From Planctomycetota bacterium (GTDB lineage: Bacteria > Planctomycetota > UBA1135 > UBA2386): a DNA stretch of 64,000 bases. The position numbers were made by a program, and so were the translations under genes. Positions 9,851-17,072 of the stretch are shown in pieces. Below the pieces are notes generated by a model. It saw only the letters and a program-made list of their open reading frames with translations. It had not been told where the DNA came from and ran no database searches. The stretch spans positions 3,200,001-3,264,000 of the forward strand of contig JBKAGP010000001.1 of assembly GCA_046290465.1 (NCBI GenBank), given 5' to 3'. Within the stretch, counting starts at the first letter, position 1. Each line of letters begins with the position of its first letter.

Positions 9851-11197
9851 CTACTTGCGCACCTGCTTTCGGGCCTGCCGGACGTTGGCGGCCGGGGCCT
9901 CCTTCCGAGGCGCCTGCGGAGCCTTCTTCTCCGCCTTGATCGCCTCCTCCTGCTGGACCGGCTCCTCCTGGACCGGCTGCTGCTGGACCGGCTTCTCTGA
10001 CTCGGCCTTCTCCACGACCGACGGCGCCCGGCGCTCGAACCCGCGGCTGCGCGCCTGCGCCCGCACCGACTCCAGCATCGCCTCCTCGAACAGCTTCTCA
10101 CCCTTGCCGGCGAGCTTCTTGCGTTCGGCGAGCACGAAGGCGTCCCGCTGCTTGCCGATCTCGGCGACCTGCTTCTGGATCGCGCCGCGCTTCTTGGCCA
10201 TGCCGTCGACGTGCGCCTTCAGCTCCTCGACCGTCATCTTCTGCAGCGCCTCCGGCAGGTGCTCGGTCTTGACCGACGTCAGCACGAACTTCGGATCCTT
10301 GCAGGCATCGACCAGGTCGTAGCGCGGGTTGTGGTACAGGTTGCCGGCCTTGGTCTGGCAGCGTTGCGCGACGGCGCCGAGGTTGAGCGTGGCCGCGTTG
10401 CGATCCTGGGTGACCTGGTTCTGGGCCCACTGCACGCGGTTGGCGCCGTAGACGACGTAGGTCGAGTTGAGCTGGGTGCTGAGGTCCCGCAGCTGCTTGT
10501 CGAACGGCGTCTCGATCACGACCTGCTGGTTGTGTTCGATCGCGGTGAACTTGCCATCGGCGAGGCGGGCGACGTGGCGCCAGCCCTCGACCTCCGGCTT
10601 CTGCTGGCTGCCGCAGAAGATCGTGTTGACCAGGATGCCGCGCTGGATGGCGCGCTTCGCCATCTCGTCGGCGGCGAACTGCGGATCCTGCGTCGCCGGC
10701 TCGTTGCCGGCCACGAAGATCAGCTTGAGCGCCTGCTGGTCCTTCGACCAGTCGAGGTCGTCGAGCGATCGCTTGACCACGCGCGCGACGTATTCGCTGC
10801 CGCCGTTGGTCGACAGCGCGAACAGCTTCTGCGAGACCAGGTCGAGGTCGTCGGTCAGCCCGGTCTGGATCGCGACGAAGCCGCTGTCCTTGCCGTAGAG
10901 CGGGCTGCCGTAGGTCAGCAGGGCCACGCGCAGACGCGGCTGCGGCTGCAGCGTCGCCATGTCGTTGACGATCGACCAGAGGTTCTGGCGGGCCGAGTCG
11001 ATCAGGCCCTGCATGCTGCCGCTCACGTCGAGGCAGAGCACCAGGTCGATGTCGCGCGACGGCGACACTTCGCGGACCTCCGACACCACGGGCGCAGCCT
11101 CCGGGTCGGCGATCGGACGCATCGGAACGGACGGGAACGGCGCCTGCGCGAGGCTCATGCCGGCGAGCGCGAACAGCGTGGTCGTGGATCGGAACAT
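9851..11197 (-). CDS. Secreted vWA-domain protein
   Basis: Signal peptide; MIDAS motif DLVLCLDVSGSM; low-complexity C-terminal tail. Confidence 0.85.
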   Translation of the reverse strand: MFRSTTTLFALAGMSLAQAPFPSVPMRPIADPEAAPVVSEVREVSPSRDIDLVLCLDVSGSMQGLIDSARQNLWSIVNDMATLQPQPRLRVALLTYGSPLYGKDSGFVAIQTGLTDDLDLVSQKLFALSTNGGSEYVARVVKRSLDDLDWSKDQQALKLIFVAGNEPATQDPQFAADEMAKRAIQRGILVNTIFCGSQQKPEVEGWRHVARLADGKFTAIEHNQQVVIETPFDKQLRDLSTQLNSTYVVYGANRVQWAQNQVTQDRNAATLNLGAVAQRCQTKAGNLYHNPRYDLVDACKDPKFVLTSVKTEHLPEALQKMTVEELKAHVDGMAKKRGAIQKQVAEIGKQRDAFVLAERKKLAGKGEKLFEEAMLESVRAQARSRGFERRAPSVVEKAESEKPVQQQPVQEEPVQQEEAIKAEKKAPQAPRKEAPAANVRQARKQVRK

Positions 11198-13596
11198 CAG
11201 CGGATCTCCTTCTTCGGGTTCTTCTTCTTCGGGGTCGTCTTCTTCTGGGTCTTCTTCTTCTGGGTCGTCTTCTTTTGGGTCTCGTTCTGCTGCTGCGCCG
11301 GCGGCTTCCCATCCGGCACCTTCGGGGTGGCCGGCACGACGACGGGGTTGGTCACCAGCACGTTCTTGCCGTCGACCTCGACGAGGATCTCGCCGGGCAT
11401 CGACAGCAGGCCGCAGCGGCCTTCGGACTCGAGGCGGCGCGCCAGCGCAAAGTAGGCCGGACTCGCCAGCGCGATCGTCTGGTGCGGCGTGATCGTCTGC
11501 GCGACCACGCTGTTGCCGTCGACCCAGCGGTTGCCGCGCTTGAAGAAGCCGCGGTCACAGACCTGCTGGATCAGGCTCAGCTCGACGCGGTTGCGGTCCT
11601 GGTCGAGGTAGACGTTGCGCGGGTTGGCGTAGAGCTGCGCCTTCTGCTTCCAGAGGTTCTCGCCCTGGTTGACCGCGGCCTTGCCGCTGCGGGTCACGAC
11701 CGCCCGCCCCTTCAGGCTCGACTGGCACGCCATCGACAGCGCGTTCCAGTCGTCGAGGCGGCTGCCCTCACGCGCCAGGAACGCGGTGTATTCGCCGAGC
11801 ACGCCGAAGCGCGTCGACAGCCGCAGGATCTCGTCGCGCAGTTCGCGCAGGCGCGGATCCGAGAACGGGTCGCGCTGCGGCGTGCCGAACGGCGCGCCGA
11901 GGTCGCCGCCCTGCTGGCGCAGTTCGTCGACCAAGAACGCGATCTGCCGGCTGGCCCACAGCCGCGGCACGAACGCGTGGCGGGTCGACGCCGAGCGGAC
12001 CGGCAACGTGAAGCGATAGCGCTTCTCGCCGGCGGGCGTGCGGCCGTGCAGTTCGAACGTCAGGTCGTCCTCCCCGCGGTACTGCCCCATCAGCACCAGC
12101 TGCTCGCCGGCGAACAGGTCGTTGATCCGGCGCGGCAGCACCTCGGCGGTGCGCGCGACCGTGGCCCCCTGGGCGTCGATCGTGCGCAGCACGGGGCTGG
12201 CGAGCACCGGGTGGTCGAGCCGCGCGAACGTGCGCGCGACCTTGACCTCGACGTCCTCCTCGGGCTGCACGTAGGTCGTCACCGCGCGGGTCTCGTCGGC
12301 GATCCGGTCCAGCAGCGGCACGTTGACGTCGTTGCCGACGCCGAAGCAGAACACGCGACGGCTGTGCTGGTTGCCCTTCTCGATCAGCCGGAACAGGTCG
12401 CGTTCGCTGGTCGGCCCGACGGTCGGCAGGCCGTCCGTCAGGAACAGCACCAGCGGCAGCGTGTCCGGCATCACCGGCGCACGCAGCGCCTCGAGCAGCG
12501 CGTCGTGGATGTTGGTGCCGCCGTGCGGCCGGATGTCGTCGAGGAAGCGGCGCGCCCGCGCCGTGGTCCGTTCGTCCTTCGCGACCGGCTGCTCGAACGC
12601 GCGGCCGACGTCGTTGCCGTAGTGGATGATCTGGATGCCCTCGCCGTCGCCGAGGCCCTCGAGGACCTGCAGCGCCGCCGCCTTGGCCTGCTCGAGCTTG
12701 CGCCCGGCCATGCTGCCCGAACGATCGAGCACCAGCGTCACCTCGCGGCGCAGCGCCTTGGCGCGGGCCATCTTCGGCGCGTTGGCGAGCAGCAGGAAGT
12801 AGCCGCCGCCGACCGTCGGGTCGGGATAGGTGAACATCGCCGCGGTCGGCTCGTCGTTCTTGCCCGACGTCGTGAAGCACAGCCGGAACGCACCGGGATC
12901 GCGCTGCGAGCCCTCGGTCACCCGCAGCGTCATCTTCTTGGCGCCGCGACGCGTGACGTGCAGTTCGTGGCTCGGCGAGTAGCAGACCCCGATCGTCGCG
13001 CGCGCCTGCAGGTCGACCGTGATCGACCACGGCGCCTCGAGCGTCAGCATCTCGCTGCGCGGCAGCAGGTAGTCGACGCGATCCCCGTCGACCTCGAGCA
13101 CGTGATCGTAGGTGAGCCGGATCTTCTGGCGGCCGTTGGCCGGCACCGGGAAGACGCTGCTGCGCAGGCAGCCGTAGCCGGCGAACTCCAGCAACGCCGG
13201 GTCCTTCAGCCGCGACGTGATCTGGTCGTAGAGCTTGCGCGCTTCGTCACGCGGCAGGATCTTCGCGGTCGGCTCGCTCGCCGGGCCTTCGAACGTGAAG
13301 TTGCTGACCGCCGCGCCGTCCGGCACCGGCAGCAGCAGCGCCGCCTCCTGCTGGCGGCCCGCCGGGTTGTGCAGCTCGAACTCGAGCGTGGTGGTCGCGG
13401 CCCGGTCGCGGATCACGACGTCGGCCTTGGCCGCCTGCACGCGCACCGGCGGGGTGCCGTACGGCGCGAGCACCGCGCGGCTCGGCACCACCCATTGGTG
13501 GCGCCACGGCCCCGTGGCATGGGGCGATTGGGACGGCAGCAGGGCTGCGAGCGCTGCGGCCGCCAGCGCGATTCCGGCCTGGGTTGCTTGCTTCAC
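11197..13596 (-). CDS. Secreted VIT + vWA domain protein (inter-alpha-trypsin inhibitor-like)
   Basis: GTG start with GAGAGG RBS; VIT motifs (LPVPDGAAVSNF, DPALLEF); MIDAS LDRSGSM, GGTNIHDAL, FLTDGLPTVG, FGVGNDVN, PRLWASRQI. Confidence 0.9.
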   Translation of the reverse strand: MKQATQAGIALAAAALAALLPSQSPHATGPWRHQWVVPSRAVLAPYGTPPVRVQAAKADVVIRDRAATTTLEFELHNPAGRQQEAALLLPVPDGAAVSNFTFEGPASEPTAKILPRDEARKLYDQITSRLKDPALLEFAGYGCLRSSVFPVPANGRQKIRLTYDHVLEVDGDRVDYLLPRSEMLTLEAPWSITVDLQARATIGVCYSPSHELHVTRRGAKKMTLRVTEGSQRDPGAFRLCFTTSGKNDEPTAAMFTYPDPTVGGGYFLLLANAPKMARAKALRREVTLVLDRSGSMAGRKLEQAKAAALQVLEGLGDGEGIQIIHYGNDVGRAFEQPVAKDERTTARARRFLDDIRPHGGTNIHDALLEALRAPVMPDTLPLVLFLTDGLPTVGPTSERDLFRLIEKGNQHSRRVFCFGVGNDVNVPLLDRIADETRAVTTYVQPEEDVEVKVARTFARLDHPVLASPVLRTIDAQGATVARTAEVLPRRINDLFAGEQLVLMGQYRGEDDLTFELHGRTPAGEKRYRFTLPVRSASTRHAFVPRLWASRQIAFLVDELRQQGGDLGAPFGTPQRDPFSDPRLRELRDEILRLSTRFGVLGEYTAFLAREGSRLDDWNALSMACQSSLKGRAVVTRSGKAAVNQGENLWKQKAQLYANPRNVYLDQDRNRVELSLIQQVCDRGFFKRGNRWVDGNSVVAQTITPHQTIALASPAYFALARRLESEGRCGLLSMPGEILVEVDGKNVLVTNPVVVPATPKVPDGKPPAQQQNETQKKTTQKKKTQKKTTPKKKNPKKEIR
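11210..11282 (-). repeat. 15-nt-period repeat encoding a Lys-rich tail (KKTTQ KKKTQ KKTTP KKKNP)
   Basis: ttcttcttc-tgggtc-type units. Confidence 0.7.
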
Positions 13597-13681
13597 CGGG
13601 GCACCTCTCTCGGTCTGTTGGGTCACGTCGGGGTCCTGTTCTCTCTGTCGGACCAATAGACGTTGCAGACGCCCTGCTTTG

Positions 13682-13699
13682 GGTAAGGGGTCGGTAAGG
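13682..13699 (-). promoter_or_regulatory. Candidate OmpR-family binding site (direct repeat with 11-bp period) upstream of the VIT/vWA-RR-HK operon
   Basis: GGTAAGG at 13682-13688 and 13693-13699. Confidence 0.45.
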
Positions 13700-13703
13700 C
13701 GGC

Positions 13704-13742
13704 TTGACGGATCGCGGCGACCGACTACTTTCTGGCACAAAG
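13704..13742 (+). promoter_or_regulatory. Sigma70-like promoter with overlapping palindromic operator
   Basis: TTGACG(13704)-16 nt-TACTTT(13726); palindrome CTTTnTGnCAnAAAG at 13728-13742. Confidence 0.55.
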
Positions 13743-13761
13743 CCCAACCCCCGGGAGCCCC

Positions 13762-14388
13762 ATGGAACTCCGCGACGCGATCGACCAGATCACGACCATT
13801 CGCAGCCAGCTCGCTGCGACCGAACACCTCAAGAGCCTGCGCGCCGTGCCGGTCGCGTTCTCGGGTCTGCTGGCCATCGCCGCCGCGTTCGCGCAGGTGC
13901 TGTGGCTCGAGAACCCGCTCGACTACCCGCGGCGCTACCTGCTGATCTGGTGCGGCGCGGCGATCGTCAGCGGCATGCTGGCCACGATCGTGGTCGCGCG
14001 CCGCACGCTGCGCTGCCCGGGCGAGCTCAGCGCGGCCAACGCGTGGCAGGCGGTCCGACAGTTCGCACCGAGCCTGCTGGTCGGTGCGATCGTCACCTGG
14101 TTCGTCGTCGGCGAGCAGCCGCAGTTGCTGTGGCTGCTGCCGGGCCTCTGGCAGCTGCTGTTCGGCCTCGGCAACCTCGCGGCGCACCGCCTGCTGCCGC
14201 CGCCGGCGTTCTCGGTCGGACTGATGTTCGTCGTCACCGGTGCGTGCTGCCTCTACCTCGGCCCGCGCGCGCTCGAGCCGTGGGCGATGGGCGTGCCGTT
14301 CGCCGCCGGCCAGCTGGCGCTCGCGGCGATCCTGTGGTGGCACAACGAACGCAACGAACCCTTCCTCGCGATGGAGCGAACCCGATGA
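13762..14388 (+). CDS. Multi-TM membrane protein coupled to a wHTH regulator
   Basis: About six hydrophobic segments; ATGA overlap with the next gene. Confidence 0.8.
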   Translation: MELRDAIDQITTIRSQLAATEHLKSLRAVPVAFSGLLAIAAAFAQVLWLENPLDYPRRYLLIWCGAAIVSGMLATIVVARRTLRCPGELSAANAWQAVRQFAPSLLVGAIVTWFVVGEQPQLLWLLPGLWQLLFGLGNLAAHRLLPPPAFSVGLMFVVTGACCLYLGPRALEPWAMGVPFAAGQLALAAILWWHNERNEPFLAMERTR

Positions 14389-14771
14389 GAGCCGAAGAAA
14401 AGGACGACGGCCGCTACGCGTACGACGGCCTGGACCGCGTGCTGCACGAGAAGGCCCGACTGGGCATCGTCACGTCCCTGGCGGCCAAGGCCGACGGTCT
14501 GCTGTTCACCGACCTGAAGTCCCTGTGCCACCTGACCGACGGCAACCTCTCGCGGCACCTGACAGTGCTGCAGGAGGCCGGCATCGTCGAGATCCACAAG
14601 GGCTACAAGGGCAAGCGCCCGCAGACGCTATGCCGCCTGAGCGACGACGGCCGCAAGCGCTACCTCGACTACATCCACGTGCTCGAGAACGTGCTCGCCG
14701 ACGCCGTCGAGGCGTCCAAGGCCGCGCGCAAGTCGCGCCGCATCCTGCCGGACGGGTTCAGCCCGGCGTAG
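14385..14771 (+). CDS. Winged-helix transcriptional regulator (HTH_34/ArsR-MarR-like)
   Basis: LDRVLHEKARLGIVTSL, LTDGNLSRHLTVLQEAG, KGYKGKRPQT. Confidence 0.85.
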   Translation: MRAEEKDDGRYAYDGLDRVLHEKARLGIVTSLAAKADGLLFTDLKSLCHLTDGNLSRHLTVLQEAGIVEIHKGYKGKRPQTLCRLSDDGRKRYLDYIHVLENVLADAVEASKAARKSRRILPDGFSPA

Positions 14772-14813
14772 CTCATCCTCGGCAGCCCGGCGTAGCCCGT
14801 CCTCGGCACCCGG
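14759..14813 (+). repeat. 24-nt tandem duplication of the regulator gene 3' end, including the stop codon
   Basis: cagcccggcgtagctcatcctcgg / cagcccggcgtagcccgtcctcgg / cacccgg. Confidence 0.7.
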
Positions 14814-14822
14814 TCGCCCGGC

Positions 14823-16136
14823 TCAGTTCTCGCGATCGAACGACACGTCGACGCCGTTGTCGCGCAGCGCCTGCAGCAGGCTCTCGTCCGGATCGTCCAC
14901 CAAAGGCACGCCGCGGTCGAAGCGCAGCTGCAGCGACCGCAGCTTGTGCGCACGCCGCAGCGGCTCGAGCGAGTCCCGACCGCGCAACCGCAGCGTGACG
15001 CGTTCGAGGCTCGGGTGGCGAGCGATCGCCTCGAGCACGCGTTGGTCGAGCCACCCGTGCAGGAACACCGCCTTCAAGCGCAGCGCGCCGAGCAGGTCGA
15101 CCACCGCCTGGTAGTGGGTCGCGTGGTGGAAGATCAGCTCCTCGAGGTCGGCGAGCCGCTTGAGGTCGGCGATCGTCGACGGCGTCATCACGTGGTGACC
15201 CAGACGCAGCCGCTGCAGGCCCTGGGGCAGCCGCCGCATGAAGCGGTCGTCGAAGTTGCTCTCGTCGAGATCGAGATCCACCAGCGCCGGCATCTGCTCG
15301 AACGCGGCGAACGCGTGCTCGCCGAGCGCGGGCGTCTTCTCCGAGTAGCCGGTCATGAAGCGCACGGCGAGGTGGCCGACCGTCGGCAGCTTCGCGAGCT
15401 CGCGGTAGACCGTCGCGGCCGAGACCGGACAGCCGTTGAGTTCGAGGTGCGTCAGGCGCAGTGGCGCCAGCGCCTCGAGGAAGCCCGACCCGATCGTCGC
15501 CTGATGGATGCGGAGTTCGCGCAGCGCCGGCAGCCCGGTCAGCGCCGCCGCAGCCTCGGCATCGACCACGGTGCGGCCCGGCAGCGCCAGCGAGCGCAGC
15601 CGCTCTGCGCCGGCGAGGCTGCGCAGGTGCGGCGCGGTCAGCTTCATCTCCGCCGGCAGCTGCAGGACCTCCAGGGTCGTCAGCGTGCCGATCGGCCGCA
15701 GCGCATCCGGGTGCTCGTCGACCTTCTGCCAGGCAGCTCCTTCGCCGCGCGGGTTCAGCACGATCAGCTGACGCAACGCGCGGAACCGTTCGACGTGCGC
15801 GAGGTCGGTCGGGTCATCGAGCACCAGCAGCAGCGACGGCGCGTCGACGTCCAGCGCGAGCATCTGCTCGACGCTCGTGCACGCCTTGGGCTTGGGGATC
15901 GGCGCGGGGTCCTGGACCTCGCGCTCGCCGGCCTGGTGCGGCGTGCGACCCGACGACCACCAGAGGGTCACCGCGACGACGCCGATGCCAAGCAGCGCGA
16001 CCGCCGCCCCGAGCCAGCTACGCCGCGTCGACGGCGCCGCCGCAGGCGACGCCCCGGGGCGACCGAACACCTCGGCGAGCGACGCGTCCAGCAGCCGTTC
16101 GCGCGCGTTGGCCAGATCCTGTTCTCGATCGCTCAT
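14823..16136 (-). CDS. Single-TM protein with extracytoplasmic leucine-rich repeats; probable anti-sigma factor
   Basis: ATGA overlap with the ECF gene; TM segment WLGAAVALLGIGVVAVTLWW; repeated LxxLxxLxL motifs. Confidence 0.7.
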   Translation of the reverse strand: MSDREQDLANARERLLDASLAEVFGRPGASPAAAPSTRRSWLGAAVALLGIGVVAVTLWWSSGRTPHQAGEREVQDPAPIPKPKACTSVEQMLALDVDAPSLLLVLDDPTDLAHVERFRALRQLIVLNPRGEGAAWQKVDEHPDALRPIGTLTTLEVLQLPAEMKLTAPHLRSLAGAERLRSLALPGRTVVDAEAAAALTGLPALRELRIHQATIGSGFLEALAPLRLTHLELNGCPVSAATVYRELAKLPTVGHLAVRFMTGYSEKTPALGEHAFAAFEQMPALVDLDLDESNFDDRFMRRLPQGLQRLRLGHHVMTPSTIADLKRLADLEELIFHHATHYQAVVDLLGALRLKAVFLHGWLDQRVLEAIARHPSLERVTLRLRGRDSLEPLRRAHKLRSLQLRFDRGVPLVDDPDESLLQALRDNGVDVSFDREN

Positions 16137-16648
16137 CGGTTCCTCCTCCGCTCGATACACGCGTGCAGCGCCGACCGCAGCCGACGCAGCGCGCTCTTGA
16201 CGCCGTGCTCACTGATGCCCAACCGCCGCGCCGATGCCGCCCGGCCCGCACCTTCGTGGTAGGTCCGGTGCAGCAGCCGCCGGCTGCGCTCGGGCAGCTC
16301 GTCGATGCAGGCGCGCAGCGCGTCGACGTAGTCGTCGGCGCCGTCGTCGCCGCACTGCTGCTGCCACAGCTCGTCGGCGTGCTCGACCTCGCGGCGGGTC
16401 ATGCGGCAGCGCTGCGACTTGAGCCAGCGGTGCCGCGCCGTCGTGCGCAAGAACGAGAACGCCGCCGCCGGCGAAGACGCGTCAAAGCCGGGCCGCTCGA
16501 GCGCGACGACGAACGCCTCCTGCACGAGGTCGTCCGCGCTGGCGTCGTCGGCGCCCAGCACACGTAGATAGCGCCAGAGCGCGGCGCGGTGCCGCTCGAG
16601 GGCGGTGCCGACGTCGTTCGCGGTGGCGCGTTGTTCGGGGATGGTCAT
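16133..16648 (-). CDS. ECF-type RNA polymerase sigma factor
   Basis: ADDLVQEAF, FLRTTARH (region 2); LRACIDELPERSR, GVKSALRRLRSALHACIE (region 4). Confidence 0.9.
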   Translation of the reverse strand: MTIPEQRATANDVGTALERHRAALWRYLRVLGADDASADDLVQEAFVVALERPGFDASSPAAAFSFLRTTARHRWLKSQRCRMTRREVEHADELWQQQCGDDGADDYVDALRACIDELPERSRRLLHRTYHEGAGRAASARRLGISEHGVKSALRRLRSALHACIERRRNR

Positions 16649-16711
16649 CGGGGTCACGACGCCTGATCCCCCGGGATCGACCAAAGGGTGCAGCGTTTCC
16701 GACGCCGCGGA

Positions 16712-16999
16712 CTACTTGCGCTTCGCCGGTTCCCCGACGGCTTCGAGCGCCGCCAGCAGCTGGTCGACGCCGACCTTGTCGGGCTCGTAGCGTACCGAGA
16801 ACTGCTTCACGTTGGCCCGGATGTAGACGTCGTAGACGCCGTCGATCTGGCCCAGTTCGCCACGCACGGTGGCGACGCACTGCAGTCAGGGCGAGATGTC
16901 GAGCACGAGGTCGACCTGCTCGAGGTTCTCCGGCGGCGGCGGCGCGCTGCACGCGACCAGCGCGGCGAACAGGACGAACGGGGAGGTGCGGAGGTTCAT
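16712..16999 (-). CDS. HMA-domain (CopZ/MerP-like) lipoprotein selenoprotein 1, UGA at 16886-16888
   Basis: Manual translation MNLRTSPFVLFAALVAC SAPPPENLEQVDLVLDISP-U-LQCVATVRGELGQIDGVYDVYIRANVKQFSVRYEPDKVGVDQLLAALEAVGEPAKRK*; lipobox LVAC; absent from the ORF track. Confidence 0.85.
16853..16882 (-). promoter_or_regulatory. Candidate bacterial SECIS
   Basis: CAGU-gcg-UCGCCAC-CGUGC-GUGGCGA-ACUG; loop 17 nt after UGA. Confidence 0.7.
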
Positions 17000-17027
17000 G
17001 ACGGGGCCATGCTACGACGGCCCCGTC
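17000..17027 (-). promoter_or_regulatory. 9-bp inverted repeat enclosing a TAGCAT -10-like box directly upstream of HMA selenoprotein 1
   Basis: GACGGGGCC-N10-GGCCCCGTC. Confidence 0.45.
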
Positions 17028-17072
17028 GATCGGTTCGACATCGCCCGATACCGCGCCCGACCGCCCGCTCGC

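Noticed and set aside
14759..14813. Possible mini-CRISPR or att site
   Set aside because: Two adjacent 24-nt units with no spacers, and no cas or integrase genes nearby.
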